From positions 100,282 through 164,281 of the forward strand of contig JAEEVR010000001.1 in assembly GCA_016290995.1 (NCBI GenBank): 64,000 nt of DNA, read 5' to 3'. The stretch's first letter is position 1; every line of letters starts with the position of its first letter. This stretch comes from Treponema sp. GTDB lineage: Bacteria; Spirochaetota; Spirochaetia; Treponematales; Treponemataceae. The position numbers and the translations under genes were made by a program. The notes below the pieces were generated by a model. It ran no database searches and had not been told where the DNA came from. It saw only the letters and a list, made by a program, of their open reading frames with translations. This document shows, piece by piece, positions 46,231-57,292 of the stretch.

Positions 46231-49128
46231 ATGGCAACAAGCAAAAAAAAGAGCGCTTTGGGCGCGGATGTCATCTCTGTAAAGGGAGCTAGAGAGCATA
46301 ATTTAAAGAACGTCAGCGTCGATTTGCCGCGCAACAAGCTGGTCGTTATTAGCGGCTTGTCAGGAAGCGGAAAGTCTTCGCTTGCCTTTGACACGCTTTT
46401 TGCGGAAGGCCAGCGCCGCTATATGGAAAGCCTTTCCAGCTACGCCCGCCAGTTTATGGGAGCGATGGACAAGCCCGACGTTGACTTGATCGAAGGCCTT
46501 AGCCCCGCCATTTCCATCGAACAAAAAACAACTCACAATAACCCCCGTTCCACCGTAGGAACGGTGACGGAAATATACGACTACTACCGCTTGCTTTACG
46601 CGCGCATTGGAAAAGCGCACTGCCCCAATTGCGGCCGCGAAATCAACGAGCAAAGCGTTGACCAAATCATCGACGCGATTTTGGCTTGGGGAGAAGGCGA
46701 GCGCCTTACGATTTTGGCTCCCGTGATCCGCGGAAAAAAAGGCGAGCACGCCAAAGTTTTTGAAGACGCAAAAAAGGCCGGCTTTGCCCGCGCCCGCGTC
46801 GACGGAATCATGACCGACCTTGACGAAACGGTAAAACTGGACAAGCAAAAAAAGCACACGATAGAAATGGTCGTTGACCGCATTGTCTTAAAGAAAGACG
46901 TCCGAAAGCGTTTGGCCGGCTCTTTGGAAACCGCGCTTGAGGCCGCCAACGGAATCGTAATCGTTTTGCGCCGCGTTCCCCTTGAGGGAGGCGGAGAGAA
47001 GGACTACACCGAGCAGGAAGTTTTCTTTAGCCAAAAGAACGCTTGCCCTGACTGTGGCATCTCGATTCCGGAATTGCAGCCGCGTCTTTTTTCTTTTAAC
47101 AATCCTTTTGGCGCCTGCCCGGAGTGCACCGGCATCGGACAAAAGATGGAATGGGATTTGAACAAAATTATTCCCGACAAGTCCAAGTCCTTTAACGAAG
47201 GCGGGCTTGCCTTTTACAATCCCGAAAGCGAATGGTGCCGCGCGATGTTTGGAGCGGTGGCGCAGGCGGCGGACTTTAGCCTTGACACGCCGCTTGAAAA
47301 GCTTACCGCAAAGCAGTTTGACTATTTGATGAACGGCGACGAAAAAAAAGTTTTGCGCTGGGTTTACCAAAAGCAAAGCGGCGAGGGCTATTCCGAATAC
47401 AAGCGGCCCTGGCTTGGCGTTATGGCCGACATGGCCCGCCGCCACGCGGAGGCTTGGGGCGAGTCGCAGCGCGCCCGCATGGAAGAAAAGTTCATGTCGG
47501 TAAGCGAATGTTCGTCTTGCCGCGGCGCGCGCCTAAGGCCCGAAGCGCTTGGCGTTACCGTTGGCGGAAAAAACATAATTGAATTGAGCTCGCTTAGCGT
47601 TTTGGAAACGATAGATTTTTTTGAAAAGATAAAGTTCACGCAGACCGAACTGCAAATCGCCGCGCAAGTGATTAAGGAAATCCGCGCGCGCCTGGACTTT
47701 CTTAAAAACGTAGGCTTGGAATATCTTACGCTTGACAGAAGCGCGGGCACCTTAAGCGGAGGCGAGGCGCAGCGCATTCGTCTTGCGACTCAAATTGGAA
47801 GCGCTCTTACCGGCGTAATGTACATTCTTGACGAGCCAAGCATCGGCTTGCACCAGCGCGACAACCAGCGCTTGATCGACACGTTGACCCGCCTGCGCGA
47901 CTTGGGCAACACCGTAATCGTTGTTGAGCACGACGAGCAAACCTTGCGCACTGCCGACTACTTGATTGACATGGGTCCCGGCGCGGGCGTAAACGGCGGA
48001 AAAGTCGTCGCCGCCGGAACGCCGGAAGAAGTGGCAAAGGTAAAGCAAAGTTTTACAGGCCAGTATCTTGCCGGAACTTTAAAGATGGACGTTCCCAAAA
48101 AGCGCCGCGCCGGAAACGGAAATTTTATCCAAGTGACTGGAGCGCGCGAGCACAACTTAAAGAACATCGACGTTCAGATTCCGCTTGGAACCTTTACTTG
48201 CATTACCGGAGTTTCGGGAAGCGGAAAGTCAACGCTTTTGAGCGACATAATATTTCCGGCCGCCAGCAACAAAACGATGCGGACAAAGTATCCTGTCGGC
48301 GCCTACGACAAGATTGAAGGCCTGGCCGCCATCGACAAGGTCATCAACATTGACCAAAGCCCTATTGGCCGCACGCCGCGCTCCAACCCGGCCACGTACA
48401 TCGGCGTCTTTAACGGCATACGAGACTTGTTCGCGTCGCTGCCGGAAAGCAAGGCGCAAGGATTTTTGCCAGGCCGCTTTAGCTTTAACGTAAGGGGCGG
48501 CCGCTGCGAAAACTGCCAAGGCGCGGGAACGATTCAAATTGAAATGAACTTTTTGCCCGATGTTTACATTCAATGCGACGTTTGCCGCGGAAAGCGCTTT
48601 AACAAAGAAACGCTCGACATCTTGTACAAGGGCAAGAGCATCAACGACGTTCTTAACATGACGGTAGAAGAAGCCTGCGACTTTTTTGTTTCGATTCCGC
48701 ACATTTCGCGAAAGTTGGAAACGCTTAAGTCAGTCGGCTTGGGCTACATCGAGTTGGGCCAGTCGGCGCTGACTTTGAGCGGAGGCGAGGCCCAACGCGT
48801 AAAGCTTGCCAACGAGCTTAGCAAGGTAAGCACTGGAAAGACTTTGTACATCCTTGACGAGCCGACGACCGGCCTTCACTTTGCCGACGTAAAGCAATTG
48901 ATGGGCGTAATCCAGCGCCTCGTTGACGCGGGAAACAGCGTCGTGATGATCGAGCACAACCTTGACGTAATTTGCCAAGCCGACTGGATAATCGACTTGG
49001 GGCCGGAAGGCGGAAGCGGCGGCGGAACGGTCGTCGCCACCGGAACTCCGGAGGCCGTCGCCAAGCGCAAAGACTCTTGGACGGGAAAATACATAAAGGA
49101 AACTTTGGAGCGGGCCGCGCAAAAATAA
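46231..49128 (+). CDS. uvrA: Excinuclease ABC subunit A
   Basis: GAREHNLKN x2, GLSGSGKSS, GVSGSGKST, LSGGEAQR x2, zinc fingers. Confidence 0.97.
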   Translation: MATSKKKSALGADVISVKGAREHNLKNVSVDLPRNKLVVISGLSGSGKSSLAFDTLFAEGQRRYMESLSSYARQFMGAMDKPDVDLIEGLSPAISIEQKTTHNNPRSTVGTVTEIYDYYRLLYARIGKAHCPNCGREINEQSVDQIIDAILAWGEGERLTILAPVIRGKKGEHAKVFEDAKKAGFARARVDGIMTDLDETVKLDKQKKHTIEMVVDRIVLKKDVRKRLAGSLETALEAANGIVIVLRRVPLEGGGEKDYTEQEVFFSQKNACPDCGISIPELQPRLFSFNNPFGACPECTGIGQKMEWDLNKIIPDKSKSFNEGGLAFYNPESEWCRAMFGAVAQAADFSLDTPLEKLTAKQFDYLMNGDEKKVLRWVYQKQSGEGYSEYKRPWLGVMADMARRHAEAWGESQRARMEEKFMSVSECSSCRGARLRPEALGVTVGGKNIIELSSLSVLETIDFFEKIKFTQTELQIAAQVIKEIRARLDFLKNVGLEYLTLDRSAGTLSGGEAQRIRLATQIGSALTGVMYILDEPSIGLHQRDNQRLIDTLTRLRDLGNTVIVVEHDEQTLRTADYLIDMGPGAGVNGGKVVAAGTPEEVAKVKQSFTGQYLAGTLKMDVPKKRRAGNGNFIQVTGAREHNLKNIDVQIPLGTFTCITGVSGSGKSTLLSDIIFPAASNKTMRTKYPVGAYDKIEGLAAIDKVINIDQSPIGRTPRSNPATYIGVFNGIRDLFASLPESKAQGFLPGRFSFNVRGGRCENCQGAGTIQIEMNFLPDVYIQCDVCRGKRFNKETLDILYKGKSINDVLNMTVEEACDFFVSIPHISRKLETLKSVGLGYIELGQSALTLSGGEAQRVKLANELSKVSTGKTLYILDEPTTGLHFADVKQLMGVIQRLVDAGNSVVMIEHNLDVICQADWIIDLGPEGGSGGGTVVATGTPEAVAKRKDSWTGKYIKETLERAAQK

Positions 49129-49143
49129 AAGGCTTAAAATAAA

Positions 49144-52100
49144 GTGGCGATAGAAAAAAGTTTTTTAAGAAAATCTATTCTTCTCCTTGCGGCCCTTTTG
49201 TTCTTGGGACAGAGCGCTTTTGGCGCCGGCAAAAAAAAGGACAAGGATGCTGAAAAAAAAGAGGCTGAGAATTCCGCTCCGCAAAAAACTGTCATCACTA
49301 TTATGAACGCGCTTAAAAGCGGCAACTCCAAGGATCCCAACAATGGCGACGACCTTTTGACTTTTGAAGGCAACGTTCAGATTTCTGTTGAAAAAAACGG
49401 AACCAAGACGACTATCAGCGCCGACAGGGTTTCTTACAACCGCGCGCGCGAAATGCTTTTTGCCGAGGGCGCCGTAAAGCTTGAGCAGACGGAATCCAAC
49501 GGCGGAACGCAAACGATTACAAGCGACAGCCTTTTGTTCAACACGCAGACGCTTGAAGGCGTCTTTGACAATTCGCGCGTAGTAAAGGCGCAAAGCAACG
49601 CGATCAATTTGCCCTCGGGCTCCAAAATCACAGTCGCCTCGGACTTGTTCGCGCGCAACGACATCGGAACAATCACGTTTAAGAATGGCTCGCTTACTTT
49701 TTGCGACGACGAAAATCCCCACTGGAAAATCAAGGCCAGCCGCATTTGGCTTTTGCCCGGAAACGAGTTCGCTTTTTTGAACGCGCTTGTTTACGTGGGC
49801 CCCGTTCCCGTAATGTATTTGCCGGCCTTTTACTATCCAAAGGACGAGCTTGTCTTTAATCCGGTCTTTGGCTACAGGAACCGCGCGGGCTATTATTTCC
49901 AAACGACGACTTACTTGTTTGGCCGAAAGCCGCTGGACACAAGCAGTACAAGCCAATCAAACGAAAAAAAAGAGGACGACATTCTTGGCGACTACTTTAG
50001 CTTGATCAAGCCGACAAAATTGATGGACCAAAAGCGAGAAGGCTTGATTATGCACAACCTTGACACGGAGTACAAGGGCGACACTTCAAACTATTTGAAG
50101 CTTCTTTTGGACTATTACACAAACATCGGTTTTTCAACCGGCTTGGAGGGAGCGTACAAGGGTTCGGGAAATTTTCCGGCGATAGAAGGCGGCTTGGTCT
50201 TTGGTTTTTCAAACACGGTTTTTCAGGATTCCGCAAGCCAGTTTTGGCATCCGTACGGGCGGAGCGGAAAAACCTACAAGGACGACTCTGACTTTATGGG
50301 CTTGCATCTTCCGTTTAGGTACAGGGCCAATTTAAAGTTGAGCGGCTCGTTTCCCTTTAGCTATTCATTGTCGTTCCCGATTTTTTCAGACCCCTTCTTT
50401 AACTATGACTATGGCGACCGAAGCGAAACGATGGATTGGTTCAGCTACTTGTTGAACAATCCCAATGTTGAAAACACGACCAAGACGGAAGACCAAAAGC
50501 GAGAGGCCGCCGAGATAAATTCCTTTGTTTGGGAAAGCAACGCCTCTTACACGATTCCGCTCCCGGAAGCTGTAAAGCCTTGGATTTCTTCGCTTTCGAT
50601 AAGCAATTTTAATTCTTCTATTTCTTTTAGCGAAGCTGAGCGTGATAAAAATAGTTACACGACCCAAGAAAAAGCTGATGAATTTCAAAAGTTTACGCCA
50701 AGCAGAAAATTCTTTTATCCGTCAACGGTCGCTCCGCTTAAGACTGCCTTGAAAATTTCTGGAACGCTTTTTTCAACTTCCACAACGAGGAACCGCGTAA
50801 AAAAGACCAGCAAGAGTTTGGCCGCGGAGCTTGCTATCCCCAACTTTAACCTTGAAGAAAGCGCGGAAGAAAAAAAAGACGAAAAGGCCGCGGATAAAAG
50901 CGCCGACGATGAAAATTCGCTTGCCCAAAACGCTTTGCCGGACTTGGCTTTTTCGCTCCCCGGCTCAAACACGTTGACGCCCTTTGCGTATTCCTTGGAT
51001 TATTCGTTTAGCCCGGATTTTTCTTCGCAAGTGACTTACGCTTCGGAACCGTTGGAAACCTCAAAAGACTTTGACTTTTCAAAGCCCAAGGCCACATACT
51101 ATCAAGTAAAGGCTCCCGTAACGCTAAACTCCAAGCTGAGTTTTTACGACAGCTTTTTTTCGATTACGAACAATCTTACTTATGAGCGCTACTACCAAGA
51201 CCACCCTTACATCGCGGCCAAGGAAACTACAAGCGGCGGCCGAACCAACGGCGGCTATGACGAAAGCGCAAGAAAGAATTTGATTTTGACTGACTACAAG
51301 GCAACCTATATGAAGCTTTACGGTTCCAACGCCGTAACATTAAGGCCCTTGGTTTACTACAAGCACTTTAAGGACACCGCGATTTCTTGGAACACAAACA
51401 TCAACTGGCTGCGCACGGAATTTATCGGAGACGCGGACAACCCTGAATGGGATTACCTTACCGTTGACTGGACAAAAAAGGAGTCAATCACCAGCCACAC
51501 TATGAGCGCCACGTTGGCCGCAAACGAAATGGACGACCGCTTTAAGCAAAGCCTTACGCTTACCGCGACGCTTCCGCCGCAAGTTGACAAGTATTACGGA
51601 ACGTTGAATTTGACTTTTCCTTACGTTTCCGCGACTGCCGAGACTGGCGTTTCAAAAGTCAGCGCCAACGACTCAACTTGGAAAAAAGAGCAATTTAGGC
51701 AATCTATGTCCGTTTCCTTGTTTGACTCAAAGTTAAAGTTCACCGAGTCTTACAATTACGAGATGGAAGAAAACCACCACGATTCATTAAAGCTTGCCTT
51801 GTCTTACGGCGGCTTGCAAGCCTCGTACACTATGAGGTACACGACTCCTTACGACTTTGACGGCGACAAGTATAACGCTGACGGAACGATAGCCTCTTAC
51901 GGAAACGGCTGGGTGGCCAAGACCGAAAAAGAATTCATTCCCTACGCCTTGTCGGTGGCCTACACTTCTTCCAACAAGACATTTAAAAAATGGAAGAACA
52001 GAATCGAAGTGACTCCGGGCCTTTCGACCAGCATTTCTTACGACTTTGTGCGTCCGACCCAATCGTACTTTATTTTTACGCCTTCAATTACATTTAGGCT

Positions 52101-52506
52101 GAACAAGCTGTTCTACATAAAATTCGCCGCCGAGTCGCGCAACGACGTCATTTACCGTTATTTCCAAGACGCGGCGGGCCACCATGGCCGCATTCCAGGC
52201 GAGACCAATCCGATTGTTGACTTGTTCAACGGCTTTAGGTTTGACAACGAAAACATCCGAAAGTCCAGCGGCTTTAAGTTAAAGTCTTTGATAATTCAAA
52301 TGACTCACGAATTGCACGACTGGGATTTTAACATGAAGTTTAAAGTTTCGCCGCGCCTTGTGACAAACAGCGAAGGAAAAAGATACTACGACTTTTCGCC
52401 GTACTTTTCTTTGTCGGTCGTTTGGCGCCCGATGGACAGCATCAAGACCAAGATCGCCGACAAGTACGGAGACTTTGTTCTTAACTCAAGCGGCGCCGAC
52501 GAGTAG
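49144..52506 (+). CDS. lptD: LptD-like outer-membrane assembly protein
   Basis: N-terminal OstA-like jellyroll (FEGNVQI, ADRVSYN, AEGAV), TFCDDENPHWKIKAS, large aromatic barrel, HELHDW; follows uvrA. Confidence 0.75.
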   Translation: MAIEKSFLRKSILLLAALLFLGQSAFGAGKKKDKDAEKKEAENSAPQKTVITIMNALKSGNSKDPNNGDDLLTFEGNVQISVEKNGTKTTISADRVSYNRAREMLFAEGAVKLEQTESNGGTQTITSDSLLFNTQTLEGVFDNSRVVKAQSNAINLPSGSKITVASDLFARNDIGTITFKNGSLTFCDDENPHWKIKASRIWLLPGNEFAFLNALVYVGPVPVMYLPAFYYPKDELVFNPVFGYRNRAGYYFQTTTYLFGRKPLDTSSTSQSNEKKEDDILGDYFSLIKPTKLMDQKREGLIMHNLDTEYKGDTSNYLKLLLDYYTNIGFSTGLEGAYKGSGNFPAIEGGLVFGFSNTVFQDSASQFWHPYGRSGKTYKDDSDFMGLHLPFRYRANLKLSGSFPFSYSLSFPIFSDPFFNYDYGDRSETMDWFSYLLNNPNVENTTKTEDQKREAAEINSFVWESNASYTIPLPEAVKPWISSLSISNFNSSISFSEAERDKNSYTTQEKADEFQKFTPSRKFFYPSTVAPLKTALKISGTLFSTSTTRNRVKKTSKSLAAELAIPNFNLEESAEEKKDEKAADKSADDENSLAQNALPDLAFSLPGSNTLTPFAYSLDYSFSPDFSSQVTYASEPLETSKDFDFSKPKATYYQVKAPVTLNSKLSFYDSFFSITNNLTYERYYQDHPYIAAKETTSGGRTNGGYDESARKNLILTDYKATYMKLYGSNAVTLRPLVYYKHFKDTAISWNTNINWLRTEFIGDADNPEWDYLTVDWTKKESITSHTMSATLAANEMDDRFKQSLTLTATLPPQVDKYYGTLNLTFPYVSATAETGVSKVSANDSTWKKEQFRQSMSVSLFDSKLKFTESYNYEMEENHHDSLKLALSYGGLQASYTMRYTTPYDFDGDKYNADGTIASYGNGWVAKTEKEFIPYALSVAYTSSNKTFKKWKNRIEVTPGLSTSISYDFVRPTQSYFIFTPSITFRLNKLFYIKFAAESRNDVIYRYFQDAAGHHGRIPGETNPIVDLFNGFRFDNENIRKSSGFKLKSLIIQMTHELHDWDFNMKFKVSPRLVTNSEGKRYYDFSPYFSLSVVWRPMDSIKTKIADKYGDFVLNSSGADE

Positions 52507-53859
52507 TCCAGACATTACGCGCTTTTCGTTGTAGAAAATCAGGATAGCGCCGCCGATGGCGCAGCAAATTGATGACACGATTGCGACGATTCTGTAGCCG
52601 CCGCCTGTCGACGTCCAAATTGTGGCAAGGCTTGCAAAGGCCAGCATCGCGGCGCTTTGGCCCAGCTTAAAGGCAAAGGTGCGCGCGGCAAAGAACATGC
52701 CTGAACGGTTTTGGCCGGTTGCGGCGGTTTCGGCTTGGGCTATGTCGGCCACCATCGCTTGCGGCAAAATGCCAAAGGCCGCCATCGGAAAAGCCGCCGC
52801 AAAAACGATTATCGCCGCTTGCGCGATTGTGGGAATTGCCAAGCGCTCTCCGCACAAGCCGGTGAACAAAAAGTCTGCCAAGAAAAAGGCAAAGGCCGCA
52901 AGAACGATTTTTTTCTTTCCGAATTTTTTTGCCAAGACGTTCACCGGCAAATAGAATATTAGCGAGGCGGCGGTAAGGCCAACAAACATAATCGTGGCGT
53001 ATGTTTCTGGCAATTTTAAGAGCGCGGTTACAAAGAAGGGCAGGCCCGTTTGGAACATAGTAAGGGCAAACCAATAGATGACGTCTTGGCCGATGAAGAA
53101 CCTAAAATCCTTGTTTGAAAAAGTTTTGGCCAGCGAAGAAAGCATGCCCGCCTGTTCGGGGTTTTGTCCGCAATCTTGGACATAATCCTTTTCGTTTAGG
53201 GTGTAGGCGGGAACCAGCATTAGCGCCACGGCAAGAGCGCAGAAGATTCCAAAGGTCAGCCGCATGGCGAAAATCCGTTCCATTCCGTGGGACATAAAGG
53301 CGGTCCACACAGCCGGCGCCAAGTAGGAGATTGCCGTTCCCAAAATAAAAGTGAGCGAAATGCAAGTTGAAAGCGCGAGCTTTTCCTTTTGGCTTTTGGC
53401 AAGTTCCGCAATGAGGGAAGTGTAGGGCGTGTAGTAGCAAGTGAGCAAAAAGTAATACAAGAGGACAAAGACAAAAAGCCAGACCGTGTTTATCGCGCTA
53501 ATCTTTTGTATAGGGGCGCAAAAAATTAGGAGCGTGGAAACTCCAAAGGGCAGGGCGGAGCGTCGCAAAAAGGGAACGCGGCGGCCCAAGGGCGATTTGC
53601 AGTTGTCCGAAAGGTTTCCTACAAGCGGGTCGGTAACCGCGTCAAAAAGGCGGCCAAGCGCTCCTACAAGGCCGATTATCGTCAAAAGGCCAAAAACAAC
53701 GCGGCCCTGGGGAATAAAAAGGGGCATTCCGTTGGCCAATTCGGCCTGGGCGGGCTGGTAAAAGTAAACCAGCCAAGAGCTTACAAGGCCGCTCAAAATC
53801 GGCCATCCCAACTGTCCTATGGCGTATCGCCAAATCACGCTGCGTGTCAATGCTTTCAT
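52486..53859 (-). CDS. MFS transporter, glycoside-pentoside-hexuronide family
   Basis: RLFDAVTDPLVGNLSD..GRRVPF, TPYTSLIAEL, AMVADI..RSGMFF. Confidence 0.88.
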   Translation of the reverse strand: MKALTRSVIWRYAIGQLGWPILSGLVSSWLVYFYQPAQAELANGMPLFIPQGRVVFGLLTIIGLVGALGRLFDAVTDPLVGNLSDNCKSPLGRRVPFLRRSALPFGVSTLLIFCAPIQKISAINTVWLFVFVLLYYFLLTCYYTPYTSLIAELAKSQKEKLALSTCISLTFILGTAISYLAPAVWTAFMSHGMERIFAMRLTFGIFCALAVALMLVPAYTLNEKDYVQDCGQNPEQAGMLSSLAKTFSNKDFRFFIGQDVIYWFALTMFQTGLPFFVTALLKLPETYATIMFVGLTAASLIFYLPVNVLAKKFGKKKIVLAAFAFFLADFLFTGLCGERLAIPTIAQAAIIVFAAAFPMAAFGILPQAMVADIAQAETAATGQNRSGMFFAARTFAFKLGQSAAMLAFASLATIWTSTGGGYRIVAIVSSICCAIGGAILIFYNEKRVMSGLLVGAA

Positions 53860-53916
53860 ACTATTATAATATCATAAAATTTGACTTTGCGGCGAAAATT
53901 CCTTATATTTAAAGGT

Positions 53917-56325
53917 ATGGCTAAGAAAAATAACGACAAAAATGAAAATAAAACCGTTGACGGAGAGGCTACTCAAATTTTGCCTGTTGAGCAGATTTTG
54001 CCTCCGTCGCTAAATTTGCTTTCGATCCAGGGACGGCCGATTTTTCCAGGAATTTTTACGCCCCTTCAAATTTCAAACGAGGACGACCAAAAGGCTGTTG
54101 AGGCCGCGATGAAGGCCGACGGCTTTATCGGAATTTCTTTGGTTAAGGACGACAAGAAAAAAGGCTCGATAAAAAATCTTTGCGCGGTCGGAACGGCAGC
54201 CCGCATCATAAAAAAAATCAACCTTCCCGACGGCGGCGTCAACATTTTTATCTCTACGATAAAGCGCTTTAAAATCCGTTCCACCCTGCATGAGCAAAGC
54301 CCGATGGCCGCACTTGTTGACTACCTTGACGACGAAGAGGACAACACATTCCAAGTAAAGGCCTTGACCCGCGCCCTTATCAGCGAGATGAAGGAAATCA
54401 GCGAAAACAATCCGATGTTCAGCGAGGAGATGCGCTTGAACATGGTCAACATCGACCACCCAGGAAAAATCGCGGACTTTATCGCTTCGATTTTGAACAT
54501 CGAAAAAAACGACCAGCAAAAAATTTTGGAGACGGTCAACGTCCGACAAAGAATGGAGCAAGTTCTTGTCTTTATCAAGAAGGAGCAGGAACTCTTGCGC
54601 ATTCAAAAAAAGATTCAAAACGAAATCAACGAGCGCGTTGAAAAAAATCAGCGCGACTACTTTTTGCGCGAGGAACTAAAGTCCATCCAAGAAGAGCTTG
54701 GAACTGACGCTGAAGGAACCGCCACCGACTACAAAAAGTTCAAGGAAAAAATCGAAGAGCTTAAGTTTGAGGGCGAGATCAAAGAAAGCGTTGACAGCGA
54801 GTTGGCCAAGTTCCAAGTGATGGATCCCAATTCGCCGGAGTACATCGGAACGCGAAACTTTTTGGAATTGGTTTGCGCGCTTCCGTGGAAGGACGAAGTC
54901 GTTGAAGAATACGATCTTATTAAGGCAAAGAAAATTCTTGACGGCGACCACTACGGTTTGGACGACGTAAAAAAGCGCATCGTGGAATTTTTGGCGGTGC
55001 GCAAGCTTAAAAAGGACAACAAGGGTTCGATTTTGCTTTTGGTCGGACCGCCGGGCGTTGGAAAAACCAGCGTCGGAAAAAGCATCGCGCGCGCGATGAA
55101 CAAACCCTTCTACCGCTTTAGCGTCGGAGGAATGCGCGACGAGGCCGAGATCAAAGGCCACCGCCGCACTTACATCGGCGCGATGCCCGGAAAAATCATT
55201 CAAGGGCTTAAAATCGCAAAAAGCCGCTCGCCAGTATTCTTGATTGACGAAGTTGACAAGATGGGCTCAAGCTCGCAAGGCGATCCGGCCAGCGCGCTTT
55301 TGGAAGCCTTGGATCCGGAGCAGAACGTTTCGTTCCGCGACAACTACTTGGATTTGCCCTTTGACATTAGCGACGTTTTCTTTATTCTTACGGCGAACAC
55401 CTTGGACTCGATTCCGGCTCCCTTGTTGGACCGCGCGGAAGTGATTCAGCTTCCCGGCTACATCGACCAAGAAAAAATGGAAATCGCGCGCAATTACTTG
55501 ATTCCAAAGAACTTGGAAAAGAACGGCCTAAAAAAAGGCCAGGTAAAATTTACCGCAAAGGCTTTGTCCAGAATCGCCGAAGAATACGCGCGCGAGTCCG
55601 GAGTGCGCGCTTTTGAAAAAGCCTTGGACAAAATCGACCGCAAAATCGTAACCGAACTTTTGACTGCGCAATCCGCCTCCAGCAAATCTGTGGCGGACAA
55701 AAAAGTCACGGTGGACGCCGCCGACCTTGACAAGTATCTTGGAAAGCCTGTCTTTGACGAAAGCTCGATCAAGCGCGCGGCCAAGCCAGGAACCGCGATC
55801 GGCCTTGCGTGGACCAGCATGGGCGGCGACACATTGCTTTTGGAATCTGTTTCATTCCCCGGAAAGAACGGCGGCCTCCAGCTTACCGGCCAAATGGGCG
55901 ACGTTATGAAAGAAAGCGCGCAAATCGCCTTTAACTGGGCGAGGCGCTACTTAATCGCGAACGGAAAAAAGGACGCCAAGTGGTTTGACGAAAACACCGT
56001 GCACTTGCATATTCCGGAAGGCGCCACGCCCAAGGACGGACCCAGCGCTGGAATCACTATGGCCACCACCTTTGTCTCGCTTTTGACTGGAAAGACCATC
56101 AAGCCGAATCTTGCGATGACCGGAGAGCTTAGCCTTACAGGCCAAGTTCTCCCGATTGGAGGACTTCGCGAAAAGACGGTGGCGGCCAAGCGCAACAAGA
56201 TCAAGACGATTTTGATTCCCAAAGCCAATTTGCGCGACTTGGAGGAAACCCCGGATCGCGTAAAGGCCGGCATTAAGTTTGTTCCGGTGACGGACGTGTC
56301 GGAGGTTATCGCCGCCGCATTCTAG
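53917..56325 (+). CDS. lon: ATP-dependent Lon protease
   Basis: DHYGL, GPPGVGKTS, DEVDK, HLHIPEGATPKDGPSAG, PIGGLREK; promoter TTGACT(53881)-N17-TATATT. Confidence 0.97.
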   Translation: MAKKNNDKNENKTVDGEATQILPVEQILPPSLNLLSIQGRPIFPGIFTPLQISNEDDQKAVEAAMKADGFIGISLVKDDKKKGSIKNLCAVGTAARIIKKINLPDGGVNIFISTIKRFKIRSTLHEQSPMAALVDYLDDEEDNTFQVKALTRALISEMKEISENNPMFSEEMRLNMVNIDHPGKIADFIASILNIEKNDQQKILETVNVRQRMEQVLVFIKKEQELLRIQKKIQNEINERVEKNQRDYFLREELKSIQEELGTDAEGTATDYKKFKEKIEELKFEGEIKESVDSELAKFQVMDPNSPEYIGTRNFLELVCALPWKDEVVEEYDLIKAKKILDGDHYGLDDVKKRIVEFLAVRKLKKDNKGSILLLVGPPGVGKTSVGKSIARAMNKPFYRFSVGGMRDEAEIKGHRRTYIGAMPGKIIQGLKIAKSRSPVFLIDEVDKMGSSSQGDPASALLEALDPEQNVSFRDNYLDLPFDISDVFFILTANTLDSIPAPLLDRAEVIQLPGYIDQEKMEIARNYLIPKNLEKNGLKKGQVKFTAKALSRIAEEYARESGVRAFEKALDKIDRKIVTELLTAQSASSKSVADKKVTVDAADLDKYLGKPVFDESSIKRAAKPGTAIGLAWTSMGGDTLLLESVSFPGKNGGLQLTGQMGDVMKESAQIAFNWARRYLIANGKKDAKWFDENTVHLHIPEGATPKDGPSAGITMATTFVSLLTGKTIKPNLAMTGELSLTGQVLPIGGLREKTVAAKRNKIKTILIPKANLRDLEETPDRVKAGIKFVPVTDVSEVIAAAF

Positions 56326-56337
56326 GCTTGCGAACAA

Positions 56338-57237
56338 TTATCGCGCAAAGCCGTTTTCGCGCAGCCAGGGCAAAAGCAGGTTGTCGTTCCACTTGGTGGT
56401 GTGGACAAAATTGTTGTTGCCCATTCCAAAGCCGTGGTCGCCTTTTTCGCCAAGGATAAAGACGTTGTCAACGCCGGCTTTTGTCATGGCGTCGGCCATG
56501 CGGACGGAATTGCGGTAGTCAACCGTGCGGTCGTCTTTGTTGGCGATCAGGAATACCGGGCACTTTATTTTGTCCGCGTGAAGCTCAAGCGAAAGCATGT
56601 CCTTGCGCTCTTGGCTTAAGTCGTTGCGCAAAAGGCTTTTGCGGGAGCGGACGTGCGCGATGTCGTCTTGCATTGAGACGACCGGGTAAACCGGCACGAT
56701 AAAGTTTGGCGCAAGGCTCACCTCCGCGTTGACTCCCAGTTTTTTTAGCTCGTCTTGCTGGTAAAATTCCGCGGCCATCAAAACCAAGTGGCCGCCGGCG
56801 CTAAAACCGGCCGCTCCGATTTTGTTGGGATTGATTCCGTATTGGGCGGCGTTTTGCCGTACGATTTGGATCGCGCGCTGGATGTCTTCCAGCATGGCCG
56901 GGTGGTGCCAGCCGTTCCCGCTGACTCGGTACTTTAAGACAAATGCGGAAATGCCCTTGGAGCAAAGCCACAAGGCCACGTCTTTTCCTTCGTGGAACAT
57001 TCCCAAGTGGTGGTAGCTTCCGCCCGGGCAAACGATCACCGCGGCGTCGGAACTTTTGTCTATCGGCTTGTAGTAGTCCAAGCGCGAGCTTTTTCCTTGC
57101 ATTGAGGGAACGCCGTCCCAGATTTTTTGGCGGACTGGCGTTATTTTTAGCATTGGGTATTCAGATGACGGGGCCGCGCAAAAGGCCGCCGCGGACATTG
57201 CCGCGAAAATCGCGAGCGTTGATAAAAGCTTTTTCAT
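56338..57237 (-). CDS. Secreted alpha/beta hydrolase (carbohydrate esterase, BD-FAE-like)
   Basis: VCPGGSY, GFSAGGHL, YPVVS, DDRTV, HGFG; signal peptide. Confidence 0.85.
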   Translation of the reverse strand: MKKLLSTLAIFAAMSAAAFCAAPSSEYPMLKITPVRQKIWDGVPSMQGKSSRLDYYKPIDKSSDAAVIVCPGGSYHHLGMFHEGKDVALWLCSKGISAFVLKYRVSGNGWHHPAMLEDIQRAIQIVRQNAAQYGINPNKIGAAGFSAGGHLVLMAAEFYQQDELKKLGVNAEVSLAPNFIVPVYPVVSMQDDIAHVRSRKSLLRNDLSQERKDMLSLELHADKIKCPVFLIANKDDRTVDYRNSVRMADAMTKAGVDNVFILGEKGDHGFGMGNNNFVHTTKWNDNLLLPWLRENGFAR

Positions 57238-57292
57238 GCAAAACATTTTACTAAAAACGGGGCGTTTTTTCTAGTGGGAAAATTTCTCTCCG

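Noticed and set aside
52486-52506. 21-bp convergent overlap of lptD and the MFS gene
   Set aside because: Common in compact genomes; no further signal.
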